From: Candidatus Sumerlaeia bacterium
GTDB taxonomy: Bacteria > Sumerlaeota > Sumerlaeia > SLMS01 > JAHLLQ01
Reading direction: 5' to 3'
Assembly (NCBI GenBank): GCA_019634695.1
Contig: JAHCAW010000004.1
Span: 64,831-128,830, forward strand
DNA: 64,000 nucleotides
Of this stretch, positions 54,049-62,878 are shown piece after piece. The first letter of the stretch is position 1. Each line of letters opens with the position of its first letter. Below the pieces are notes generated by a model, which was not told the DNA's origin, ran no database searches, and saw only the letters and a list, made by a program, of their open reading frames with translations. Both the position numbers and the translations under genes were made by a program.

Positions 54049-55242
54049 ATGAAGATCGGCATCGTGTGCTATCCCACGTACGGCGGTTCGGGCGTCGTGG
54101 CCACCGAGTTGGGGCGCTTTCTTGCGCTGCGCGGGCACGAGGTGCATTTCATCTCGTCGTCGATTCCGTTCCGGTTGGTGCACGAGCCCATCGACGGCAT
54201 TGTGTTTCACGAGGTGCAGACGCTCGAGTATCCCGTCCTGCAGGGCGACCTGTACGGCATCGCGCTGGCCTCGAAGATCGTGCAGGTCGTGCAGGACTTC
54301 GGGCTCGACGTCGTGCACGTGCACTACGCCGTGCCGCACGCGATTTCGGCGTTCATGGCGCGCGCGGTGCTCGGCCGTCAGGAGCACCCGTTCAAGGTGG
54401 TGACGACGCTGCACGGCACGGACATCACGCTGGTCGGCCGCGCGCCGTCGTTCTTTCCGATCGTGCGCTATGCGATCGACCGGTCGGATGCCGTCACCGC
54501 GGTGTCGGACTGGTTGCGCATGGAGACGATCCGCGCCTTCGACGTCAAGCGCCCCATCGACGTGATTCCGAACTTCGTGGACGAGAAGAAGTTCCGCCGC
54601 GGGCTGAAGCCCTGCAAGCGCGGCGTCTATGCCCCGCGCGGCGAGAAGATTCTGCTGCACATTTCGAACTTCCGCCCGGTGAAGCGCGTCGTCGACGTCG
54701 TCGAGATCTTCGCGCGCGTTCGCCGCGAGACGCCCGCCGTGCTGCTGATGGTCGGCGACGGGCCGGACCGCGACGCGGCGCGCAACCGCGCGTGCCAACT
54801 CGGCGTCCTCGACGGCGTCCACTTCCTCGGCAAGCAGGAGGCCATCGAGTTCTTCATGTCGTGCGCCGACCTGTTCCTGTTCCCCAGCGAGTACGAGTCG
54901 TTCGGCCTCGCGGCGCTCGAGGCCATGGCGTGCGAAGTGCCCGTCGTCGCGTCCCGTGCCGGCGGCCTGCCCGAAGTGATCGACCACGGCCGCACCGGGT
55001 TCCTCGCCCCGATGGGCCACGTCGAGGAGATGGCCGCGCTTGCGCTCCATGTGCTGAAGGACGACCGGTTGCGCGCCGAGATCGGGCGCGCCGCCCGCGC
55101 CAGCGTCGAGCAGCACTTCCTGCCCGAGCGCATCATTCCGCAGTACGAGGACCTCTACGCGCGCGTCCTGCGCGAGTCGGCACCCGTGCGCGCCGACGAC
55201 GGGAACCGCGAGATGAGTTACCTCTACGCCGACGGCATCTGA
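54049..55242 (+). CDS. bshA: GT4 glycosyltransferase of the BshA type (N-acetyl-alpha-D-glucosaminyl L-malate synthase-like)
   Basis: The sequence resembles BshA end to end: MKIGIVCYPTYGGSGVVATELG...HFISSSIPFRL, VHVHYAVPHA, TTLHGTDITLVG, ISNFRPVKRV, LLMVGDGPD, SEYESFGLAALEAMACEVPVVASRAGGLPEVIDHGRTGFL, IIPQYEDLY. Confidence 0.7.
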   Translation: MKIGIVCYPTYGGSGVVATELGRFLALRGHEVHFISSSIPFRLVHEPIDGIVFHEVQTLEYPVLQGDLYGIALASKIVQVVQDFGLDVVHVHYAVPHAISAFMARAVLGRQEHPFKVVTTLHGTDITLVGRAPSFFPIVRYAIDRSDAVTAVSDWLRMETIRAFDVKRPIDVIPNFVDEKKFRRGLKPCKRGVYAPRGEKILLHISNFRPVKRVVDVVEIFARVRRETPAVLLMVGDGPDRDAARNRACQLGVLDGVHFLGKQEAIEFFMSCADLFLFPSEYESFGLAALEAMACEVPVVASRAGGLPEVIDHGRTGFLAPMGHVEEMAALALHVLKDDRLRAEIGRAARASVEQHFLPERIIPQYEDLYARVLRESAPVRADDGNREMSYLYADGI

Positions 55243-55254
55243 CCGGCCCGCCGC

Positions 55255-57129
55255 CTACTCCCACGTTTCCTTGTCGCTGCGCACGGCGCGCGAGTAGAAG
55301 TTGTCCCCGCGCATCAGCTCGTCGTGCGTGCCGACGGCCACGATGCGGCCCGCGTCCAGGATGGCGATCGCGTTGGCATGGCGCACCGTCGCCAGCCGGT
55401 GCGAGACGATGAACGTCGTGCGGTCCTTCATCACGCGGTCGAGCGCACCCTGCACGAGCGCCTGCGATTCCATGTCGAGCGCGCTGGTGGCCTCGTCCAG
55501 GATCAGGATGCGCGGATTGCGGATCAGTGCGCGTGCGATGGCCAGGCGCTGGCGCTGGCCGCCGGAGAGCTTCACCCCGCCGTCGCCGATGCGCGTGTGG
55601 ATGCCCTGCGGCAGATCCGACACGAACTCCCACGCGTTGGCCAGCTTCAGCGCCTCGATGACACGCTGCTCGTCCACTTCGCGCCGGCCGAAGTTCACGT
55701 TGTCCGCGATCGAACCCGCGAAGAACACCGTCTCCTGCGTGACGACGCCGACGAAGCGCCGCAGCGCGCGCAGATCGAAGTCGCGATAGTCATGGCCGTC
55801 CAGGTGGATGCTGCCCGCGTTCGGCCGCACGAAGCCCATCAGCAGCGACAGCACGGTGGACTTGCCGGAGCCGCTGCCGCCGACCAGCGCCACCGCCGTG
55901 CCCGGCGCCACGCTCAGCGAGAAGTCCCGAATCGCCGGAATCTCCGTCTTCGGGTACGTGAACGTGACGTCGCGGAACTCGATCTCGCCGCGGATGTCGT
56001 CCAGCCAGCGCTTGCCCAGGTTCTCCTCGAGGTCCGGCGCGTTCAGGATTTCGATGATCGAATCCACCGATTCGCGCGACTGCGCGATCTGCGGCAGCGT
56101 CGCCACCACCGCGTTCAGGTTGCCCGTCAACGCGACGAAGAAGCCGTTGAACATCAGCACATCGCCCACCGTGATCGCGCCCCGGAAGGCCGCGTACACC
56201 GAACCCGCCATGAAGATCACCTGCATCAGGTTCATCACCACCCATGCCGACGCGCCGAAGAACGCGTTCACAATGTCCAGCCGCCGCGCCTCCTCGAACA
56301 CCCGCGAGATCGACTCGGACACCGTCTCGAGTTCCTCCTCCTCCAGCGCGTGCGCCCGCGTCACCGGGATCATCGTCATCATGTCCGTCAGCCGCGAGCC
56401 CATGCCCTCCACCGACCGCCGGTACGCGTGCGCCGTCGCCGCCAGCCGACGGCTGAAGTGCCGCATCAGCAGCACCGACACCGGCACCAGCAGCACGAAG
56501 AACAGCAGCGCACGCGGCTCGCGCACCAGGATCGCCGCCACCGCCACCACCACCTGAATCGCGAACACCACGAACGTGATCATGATCGCCGGCGGCGCGT
56601 TCTCGATCAGCTCCACGTCGCGGATCGCCTTCGCCTGCAAGCGCCCCACGCTGCCCACGTCGCTCGCCACCAGCGACAGCCGCTGCAACTGCCGGCACAG
56701 GCTGATGCGCAGGTCCCGCCCGATCGCCCGCATCATCTTGCTCTGGTACTTCGCCCGCAGCACGGTCGACGGCACGTTTTGCCCGACCAGCGTCAACGCG
56801 ATGCCCGCGTATACGAGCAACCACGTCAGCCGCCCGTCGCCCTCCACGCCGATCAGGTCCACCATCCGCGCCACCAGGATCGGCATGAACCAGACCGGCG
56901 AATGCTGAAAGCAGAAGAACAGCACGGTCAGCAGCAGGTTGCGTTGATGCCCCTGCAGGCGGTCGCGCACGAACTCGTTCAACTGCCGCCGGCGCAATGC
57001 GTCGGTCGCCGGCTTCGTGGCATGCGAATCGGAGGAAGGCGAGTTCAGGGCGGCGACTCGGGAAGGGACGTTGTTCGCGGTTCGCGGTTCGTCGTTCGAA
57101 TGGTCCGGTTCATGTGCATGCCGATCCAA
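55255..57129 (-). CDS. ABC exporter, fused permease/ATPase (MsbA-like)
   Basis: Six-TM domain, then Walker A GGSGSGKST, signature LSGGQRQRLAIARA and Walker B ILILDEATSALD. The track start is a TTG at 57129 that lies inside repeat element B, so the true start may be further downstream. Confidence 0.85.
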   Translation of the reverse strand: MDRHAHEPDHSNDEPRTANNVPSRVAALNSPSSDSHATKPATDALRRRQLNEFVRDRLQGHQRNLLLTVLFFCFQHSPVWFMPILVARMVDLIGVEGDGRLTWLLVYAGIALTLVGQNVPSTVLRAKYQSKMMRAIGRDLRISLCRQLQRLSLVASDVGSVGRLQAKAIRDVELIENAPPAIMITFVVFAIQVVVAVAAILVREPRALLFFVLLVPVSVLLMRHFSRRLAATAHAYRRSVEGMGSRLTDMMTMIPVTRAHALEEEELETVSESISRVFEEARRLDIVNAFFGASAWVVMNLMQVIFMAGSVYAAFRGAITVGDVLMFNGFFVALTGNLNAVVATLPQIAQSRESVDSIIEILNAPDLEENLGKRWLDDIRGEIEFRDVTFTYPKTEIPAIRDFSLSVAPGTAVALVGGSGSGKSTVLSLLMGFVRPNAGSIHLDGHDYRDFDLRALRRFVGVVTQETVFFAGSIADNVNFGRREVDEQRVIEALKLANAWEFVSDLPQGIHTRIGDGGVKLSGGQRQRLAIARALIRNPRILILDEATSALDMESQALVQGALDRVMKDRTTFIVSHRLATVRHANAIAILDAGRIVAVGTHDELMRGDNFYSRAVRSDKETWE

Positions 57130-57200
57130 TCCGTCCGATCTTTCGCATCGGCCTCATCAGTGCTTCGGCGTGTGCCTCTCGAACCACGAACCACGAACCA
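57073..57200 (-). repeat. Heptad-periodic inverted-repeat intergenic element B
   Basis: GTTCGCGGTTCGCGGTTCG (57073-57091) pairs with CGAACCACGAACCACGAAC (57180-57198). As RNA, that register gives 17 Watson-Crick plus 2 G-U pairs over 19 nt. The arms are 7-nt tandem units (GCGGTTC / GTGGTTC). Confidence 0.5.
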
Positions 57201-57207
57201 TGAAGAA

Positions 57208-58677
57208 CTAAATCTTCAGGAAGATCTTCTTCCGGTACAGCGGATAGGTCAGCACCAGCCACAGGCAGATGTAGAACAACGCAAAGGCCAGCGAGGCGAA
57301 CTTCATCTGCGACGAGCGGCTCACCTCGGCCAGCAGGTCCACCTTCGAGAACACGGTCAGGATCGGATCCTGAATGCCGCGCTCCCAGATCCAGTTGCGC
57401 AGGTTCCACAGCCCCGTGCCGTCCGCCTTCATCCACGTGATGCCCGACATCGCCCGCGCCAGAATGCCCGAGCCGAAGAAGATGAAGATCGCGTTCGTGC
57501 CGAAGACCATGAACGGCCCGGCCCATTTGCGCTGGCCCTTGATGTCCAGCAGATAGTAGCACACCGCTAGGAAGTGCAGCGCGAAGCCCGTCATCGCCAG
57601 CACGTAGCTGCTCGTCCAGATCTTCTTGTTGATCGGGAACTCATAGCCCCAGAACAACCCGGCCACCACGAGCACGTTGCCCGCGAAGAACAGCCCCAGG
57701 CAGATGCGCTCCTTCGACAGTCCCGAGCGCATCCACGTCCCGGTCAGGATACCGGTAAGCACCGTTGCGATTGCCGGGATCGTGCTCAGCAGCCCCTCGG
57801 GGTCCGGGCGGAACCGGTACAGGTGCGCGCCCAGCAGCTTCGCATCGATCCAGTCGTGCAGCAGCCCCGGATACGGCGCGCCCGCCGTCGCGTCCATCAC
57901 CGTGTTCGGCACGCCGCCGCCGAACTGGTGGCCGAAGAAGTGCGCCACAAAGTCGTGCTTGCAGATCACCCAGTAGCCCGCCAGCAGCACCGCCGTCCAC
58001 GCCACGCGCCCGGCCGTCTGCGTGAACAGCATGATGATCGACGCGAAGAAGTACGCCAGCCCGATGCGCTGCAGCACCCCCGGCACCCGCAGCACCCAGC
58101 CCGACACCTCTCCCCCCGCCGCGTTGATAAACTTCACGTCATTCGACATCGGCCAGAAGAAGTGCCGCGGATCGAAACCGACCACGCGCCCGTTGAAGTG
58201 ATCCCAGTTCAGCACGAACCAGGTCACCGCCACCACGAGCACCCCGGCCCCGACCAAGCGCCGGCTGCCCGCCGGCTCGCCCTCGTGCCGCTCGGGCCAG
58301 AACAGCGTCACCCCGATGATCGTCAGGATAAACGGCCCGGTCAGCCGCAGGTTCGGAAAGCCCTGCAGGATCAGCCCCAGCATCACCAGAATGATCGACC
58401 GCCGCGCCACCTGCTCCATCAGCAGAAATCTGTTTGCGCCCTCCCGCAGCCTGCGGTCGAAGGAGAACGTCATCGCGACACCGACGATGAAGAGGAAGAA
58501 CGGAAAGATGAAGTCGGTGGGCGTAAAGCCGTCCCACTTGGCGTGCCCAAGCGGGTGGTACATCGCCCCCCAAGTGCCCGGGTTGTTCACCAGCACCATC
58601 ATGGCGATGGTGATCCCGCGGAAAACGTCGAGCGACACCAGCCGCTCCTTGCCTTGGGCAACCAGCAAACCGGACAT
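57208..58677 (-). CDS. Membrane acyltransferase, heparan-alpha-glucosaminide N-acetyltransferase-like (DUF1624/DUF5009)
   Basis: RLVSLDVFRGITIAMMVLVNNPGTW...HAKWDGFTPTDFIFPFFLFIVGVAM matches the family signature. The protein is polytopic. The start was trimmed to ATG 58677. Confidence 0.75.
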   Translation of the reverse strand: MSGLLVAQGKERLVSLDVFRGITIAMMVLVNNPGTWGAMYHPLGHAKWDGFTPTDFIFPFFLFIVGVAMTFSFDRRLREGANRFLLMEQVARRSIILVMLGLILQGFPNLRLTGPFILTIIGVTLFWPERHEGEPAGSRRLVGAGVLVVAVTWFVLNWDHFNGRVVGFDPRHFFWPMSNDVKFINAAGGEVSGWVLRVPGVLQRIGLAYFFASIIMLFTQTAGRVAWTAVLLAGYWVICKHDFVAHFFGHQFGGGVPNTVMDATAGAPYPGLLHDWIDAKLLGAHLYRFRPDPEGLLSTIPAIATVLTGILTGTWMRSGLSKERICLGLFFAGNVLVVAGLFWGYEFPINKKIWTSSYVLAMTGFALHFLAVCYYLLDIKGQRKWAGPFMVFGTNAIFIFFGSGILARAMSGITWMKADGTGLWNLRNWIWERGIQDPILTVFSKVDLLAEVSRSSQMKFASLAFALFYICLWLVLTYPLYRKKIFLKI

Positions 58678-58831
58678 GGTTCTCGAATGACCCCCCGTTT
58701 CGGCAGCGCTGCCCCCCACCCCACCACCCCCCGCCCCCGCGGGAAAGCGGAATTGCGGCCCCCTAATTATGACCCGGCCTCGGGGCGTCCCAGCCCCGAC
58801 CACCTTCTCCGAGGGCAAGGACTGCGACCCG

Positions 58832-59569
58832 ATGACGGACCGAATCGAGCGGGAGAAGGCTTTCCACGATAGTCGGTTCGGCGAGGGCGACAAGCTGCGC
58901 GCCCCCGTCCAGAAGTACTATGCGATCATGGATCGCAACCGGGCGCACTACCAGCGCCTCGTGCTCGAACATGCCAAGGGCGCCGACCTGCTCGAGTACG
59001 GCTGCGGCTCCGGCAGCTACTCCAAGTTCTGGGCCGAAGCCGGCGCCCACGTCACCGGCATCGACATCTCCACCGAAGGCATCAAGACCGCCCGCGAGGA
59101 AGCCGCCCAGCGAGGGCTCGATATCCGATTCGAGGAGATGAACGCCGAGGCGCTGGCCTTCTCCGACCAGTCCTTCGACATCGTCGTCGGCACCGGAATC
59201 CTGCACCACCTCGACCTCGACAAGGCGTACCCCGAACTCGCCCGAGTGTTGCGACCCGACGGCTTCGCCGTCTTCATCGAGCCACTCGGCCATAACCCCG
59301 CCATCAATCTGTACCGCCGGCTCACCCCCGCGATGCGCACGGACGACGAGCACCCGCTGATGATGGCAGATCTGCGTCTGGCCCGGCGCTACTTCGGAGA
59401 AGTGGACATTTCCTACTTCAATCTCTTCACTCTGGCAGCCGTCCCGTTCCGGCGATTCGGCATCTTCGGGCCGCTTGTGGGGGCGCTGCACGCCGTCGAC
59501 AAGGGCCTCCTAGCCGTCCTGCCGTTCATGCGCCGCTATGCTTGGACGGTTGTCATGCGCATGTCCTAG
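58832..59569 (+). CDS. Class I SAM-dependent methyltransferase
   Basis: Motif I LLEYGCGSG, followed by VTGIDIS, FDIVVGTGILHHL and RPDGFAVFIEP. The start was trimmed to ATG 58832. Confidence 0.8.
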   Translation: MTDRIEREKAFHDSRFGEGDKLRAPVQKYYAIMDRNRAHYQRLVLEHAKGADLLEYGCGSGSYSKFWAEAGAHVTGIDISTEGIKTAREEAAQRGLDIRFEEMNAEALAFSDQSFDIVVGTGILHHLDLDKAYPELARVLRPDGFAVFIEPLGHNPAINLYRRLTPAMRTDDEHPLMMADLRLARRYFGEVDISYFNLFTLAAVPFRRFGIFGPLVGALHAVDKGLLAVLPFMRRYAWTVVMRMS

Positions 59570-59600
59570 CTCGCCGGCAAGTGAACGTTGCCGCGTGTGA

Positions 59601-60290
59601 TCACGCCTGTTCGCAGCCTCGCGGCCGCGCCCGAAACAGCACATTCGGCGAGCCGGGCAGTCGTTCCGACGTGTAGCCCGCCGCTTCGAGGTTGGCGACG
59701 GTTTGCGCGGATTCGGTCTCGACGATCAGCGTCGGGTGGTGCGCGGCGATGAGGGCGCGCATGCCGGCCAGGACGGGGGCCTCGTGGCCCTCGGCGTCGA
59801 TCTTGACCAGCGACACGCGGCGGTCGATGCCCAGCGCATCGACCGACAGGGTCAGCACCGCGAGTCCGGCGTCGGCCGAACGCGTGAGTTCGGCCTGGTA
59901 GTAGTTCTTCAGCCCGCTGTCGAAGCTCGGGATCGTCATGCCGAGGGCGTCGAAGCGCTCCGAGACGGCCGCGTTGAGCAGCGTGACGTTGGCGTGCGGA
60001 AAGCAGGCCGCGTTGGCGGCCAGCAGCGCGAAGGTCTCCGGCACCGGCTCAAAGGCGATGACGCGTCCCGTCGGGCCGACGAGTTCGGAGAGCCGCTTGG
60101 TGTAGTGGCCCACGTTGGCGCCGATGTCGATGACCCAATCGCCTGGGGCGACGATCTGGGGCAGCAGGGCGTACTCGGGTTCGTTGGTCGCGAAGCTGCC
60201 GCGGCGAATCTGGCGCGCGTACTGGAGGCGCTTGAGTTCGGATTGCCAGCGCGCGGGCAGGCGGGCGGCGAGGCGTTTGGCAAGCGACAT
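59601..60290 (-). CDS. FkbM-family methyltransferase
   Basis: VIDIGANVGHYT...RVIAFEPVPETF...LVKIDAEGHE is typical of FkbM. Trimmed from track ORF 59601..61394, which fuses it with an out-of-frame shadow over the next gene. Confidence 0.8.
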   Translation of the reverse strand: MSLAKRLAARLPARWQSELKRLQYARQIRRGSFATNEPEYALLPQIVAPGDWVIDIGANVGHYTKRLSELVGPTGRVIAFEPVPETFALLAANAACFPHANVTLLNAAVSERFDALGMTIPSFDSGLKNYYQAELTRSADAGLAVLTLSVDALGIDRRVSLVKIDAEGHEAPVLAGMRALIAAHHPTLIVETESAQTVANLEAAGYTSERLPGSPNVLFRARPRGCEQA

Positions 60291-60367
60291 GGCGTGGGCT
60301 CTCGACGCGGCCGTTGGGCCCGGGGGTGGTTGGTTCCCGCAGGGGGTGCCACTGCGCCGCGCGGGGG

Positions 60368-61489
60368 TCAATCGCCGGTTGGGCGGGCGGCGGCCTGGAG
60401 GAGGGCGAGCAGGGCGGCGGCCGCGCGGGGCCAGGTATAGCGCGCGGCGTTGGCGAACCCGCGGGCGCGCAGGTCGGCGCGCAGGGCGTCGTCGAGGCAC
60501 AGGCGCTCGAGGCCGGCGGCCAGGGCGGGGACGCTCGTCGGATCGACGAGCAGCGTGCTGTCGCCGGCAACCTCGGGCATCGGCGGCGCCGTCGAGTTGA
60601 GCACCGGCACGCCGCACGCCTGAGCCTCCAGCACCGTCAGCCCGAAGCCCTCGTAAAGCGACGGGTGCGCGTAGACGTCGGCCATCGTGTACAGCGCCGG
60701 CATGTCCTCGGGCGCGACGTGGCCGAGCAGATGGACGCGGTCGGCGGTGCCCGCGGTCAGGCGGTCGAGGCGATCCATCCCCCAGACGCGGGCGCCGGTC
60801 AGGACAAGATCGTGCGGGATGCGGTCGCGCACAGAGCGGAAGGCGTCGAGCAGGCGGGTGATGTTCTTGCGGGGGCTGAGGCTGCCGGCGTAGAGGATAT
60901 AGCGCGGCGGCAAGCCGAGTCGCCGGCGAACGTCGTCGAGGCAGGCGGGATCGGCAACCGGTTGGAACTCGGGCCCCGGCGCCAGGTGGACGACGTGCAG
61001 GCGTTCGGGCGGCGGGCCGAGCAGGCGCAGCGCGTCGCGGCGGGTCTGGTCGCTGATGCAGACAATGGCGGCGGCGCGGCGGGCGCTGCGGCGAAAGAGC
61101 GGCGGCCAGAGGAGGCGCTCGTGCAGCGGATAGGCGCGGTACTCGGGCATCAGGTAGAGCAGGTCGAGGAAGGTGACGACGGCCGGGGCCTTGAGGCCCA
61201 GGGGCAGCGCGTTCTGCGGCAGCCAGGCGACGTCGAGCCGTGCACGGTTCATCAGGCGCGGCGCCAGCCAGTGGTCCATGACGGCGAAGGGCGCGTCGGG
61301 AACGGGGACGACTTCGGCGAAGGGATAAAGGCGCGCGACGCGGTCGGCCGCCGAGGCGGGCGGGAAGAGGACAAGGCGCGCCGAATCGGCGCACAGCGGC
61401 CCGAGCGCCGTCAGCGTGTGGTGCAGATACTCGGCGACGCCGGACCCGCGCGTGCCCAGCCGTCGGTTGGTGACGCCGATGCGGATCAT
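60368..61489 (-). CDS. GT4-family glycosyltransferase
   Basis: C-terminal GT-B motif ADVYAHPSLYEGFGLTVLEAQACGVPVLNS, with ILYAGSLSPRKN upstream. The start was trimmed to ATG 61489. Confidence 0.8.
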   Translation of the reverse strand: MIRIGVTNRRLGTRGSGVAEYLHHTLTALGPLCADSARLVLFPPASAADRVARLYPFAEVVPVPDAPFAVMDHWLAPRLMNRARLDVAWLPQNALPLGLKAPAVVTFLDLLYLMPEYRAYPLHERLLWPPLFRRSARRAAAIVCISDQTRRDALRLLGPPPERLHVVHLAPGPEFQPVADPACLDDVRRRLGLPPRYILYAGSLSPRKNITRLLDAFRSVRDRIPHDLVLTGARVWGMDRLDRLTAGTADRVHLLGHVAPEDMPALYTMADVYAHPSLYEGFGLTVLEAQACGVPVLNSTAPPMPEVAGDSTLLVDPTSVPALAAGLERLCLDDALRADLRARGFANAARYTWPRAAAALLALLQAAARPTGD

Positions 61490-61499
61490 GGCGCGGCCT

Positions 61500-62855
61500 T
61501 CAGCCTTCGATGCCGAGTTCCTTGATGCGACGCTGGAGCGTGCGGCGGCTGATGCCCAGGGCCTCGGCCGCGCGCGTCCGGTTTCCATCGACTGCCGCCA
61601 GCGTGCGCTTCAGGTACAACGTCTCGACCTCCTCGAGCGGCAACCCCATCGGGATCGCCAGCGTGTCGCTCGGGGCGGTCTTCTCGCTCTTGACGGCGCC
61701 CGGCAGGTCGCGCGCCCCCACCGTGTCGCCCTGCAGGAAGACGAACGTGTTCTCCATGATGTTGCGCAGTTCGCGCACGTTGCCGGGCCAGTGGTAGGCT
61801 TGCAGGGCCTCGACGGCGTCGCGCGAGAGCGTCGGCACGGAGCGCCCGTTCTCGCGTGCGAACTCGGCCAGAAAGTGCTGGGCCAGCACCGGAATGTCGG
61901 AGCGGCGATGGCGCAGCGGGGGCGCGACGATCTGCACCACCTTCAGGCGGTAATACAGGTCCTCGCGGAATCGCCCCTCGGCCACCTCCTCCTCGAGGTC
62001 GCGGTTCGTTGCCACGATCAGGCGCACGTCCACCTTGATCGTTTCGTTGCCGCCGACGCGCTGGATTTCGCGCTGCTCCAGCACGCGCAGCAACTTCACC
62101 TGCATCGACAGCGGAATCTCGCCGATTTCGTCCAGAAACAGCGTGCCGTTGTTGGCCACCTCGAAGCGCCCCGGCCGGCGCGACACCGCGCCCGTGAACG
62201 CCCCGCGCTCGTGTCCGAACAACTCGCTTTCCAGCAACGTCTCCGGCAACGCCGCGCAGTGCACCGGGATGAAGTCCTTGCGCGCCCGCGGGCTCATCTG
62301 GTGCAGCGCCCGCGCCACCAGTTCCTTGCCCGTGCCCGACTCGCCCTGCACCAGCACCGTCGCCTTCGTCGGCCCCACCTGACGGATCATCTGATAGAGC
62401 TGCTGCATCTCGGCCGAATCGCCCACCATGCCCTCGATGCCGAAGCGCCGGTCGATCTGCTGGCGCAGCTCGAAGTTCTCGCGCAGCAGCCGCCGGTGCT
62501 CGGCCGCCTTCTCCACCAGCACCCGCAACTCCTTCACGTTCACCGGCTTCGTCAGGTAATCGAACGCGCCCTCCTTCAGCGCATCGACGGCCGACTCGAT
62601 CGTGCCGTGCGCCGTCAGGATGATGACCGCCGGCGCCGGGTTCAGCGTCAGCGCATGGCGCAGCACGCCCAGCCCGTCGATGCCGTCCATGCGCAGATCC
62701 GTCACCACCACGTCCACATCGTCGCTGTTGAGGATATGGATCGCCTCCTCGCCATTGGCCGCCGTCAGCACGTTGTTGTCCGTGCGCCCAAAGGCAAGGC
62801 GCAGGCCCTCGAGCACATCGGGCTGGTCGTCGATGAGAAGCAGATTGGCGGGCAT
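61500..62855 (-). CDS. Sigma-54-dependent response regulator (NtrC/AtoC type: REC + AAA+ + Fis HTH)
   Basis: REC domain: LLIDDQPDV...VVTDLRMDGIDG. AAA+ motifs: GESGTGKELVARALH, GAFTGA. C-terminal HTH: RTRAAEALGISRRTLQRRIKEL. Confidence 0.9.
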   Translation of the reverse strand: MPANLLLIDDQPDVLEGLRLAFGRTDNNVLTAANGEEAIHILNSDDVDVVVTDLRMDGIDGLGVLRHALTLNPAPAVIILTAHGTIESAVDALKEGAFDYLTKPVNVKELRVLVEKAAEHRRLLRENFELRQQIDRRFGIEGMVGDSAEMQQLYQMIRQVGPTKATVLVQGESGTGKELVARALHQMSPRARKDFIPVHCAALPETLLESELFGHERGAFTGAVSRRPGRFEVANNGTLFLDEIGEIPLSMQVKLLRVLEQREIQRVGGNETIKVDVRLIVATNRDLEEEVAEGRFREDLYYRLKVVQIVAPPLRHRRSDIPVLAQHFLAEFARENGRSVPTLSRDAVEALQAYHWPGNVRELRNIMENTFVFLQGDTVGARDLPGAVKSEKTAPSDTLAIPMGLPLEEVETLYLKRTLAAVDGNRTRAAEALGISRRTLQRRIKELGIEG

Positions 62856-62878
62856 GGAGGGCTCCGGGAGCGGGGGAA

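Noticed and set aside
57091-57102. tRNA-like GTTCGAA (T-loop-like) string in element B
   Set aside because: There is no acceptor, D or anticodon stem arrangement around it. It is part of the GNNGTTC heptad series.
55324-57570. 748-aa plus-strand ORF opposite the ABC exporter
   Set aside because: It is antisense to a gene with Walker A/B and ABC signature motifs. Its product is dominated by Arg, His, Asp and Gln runs.
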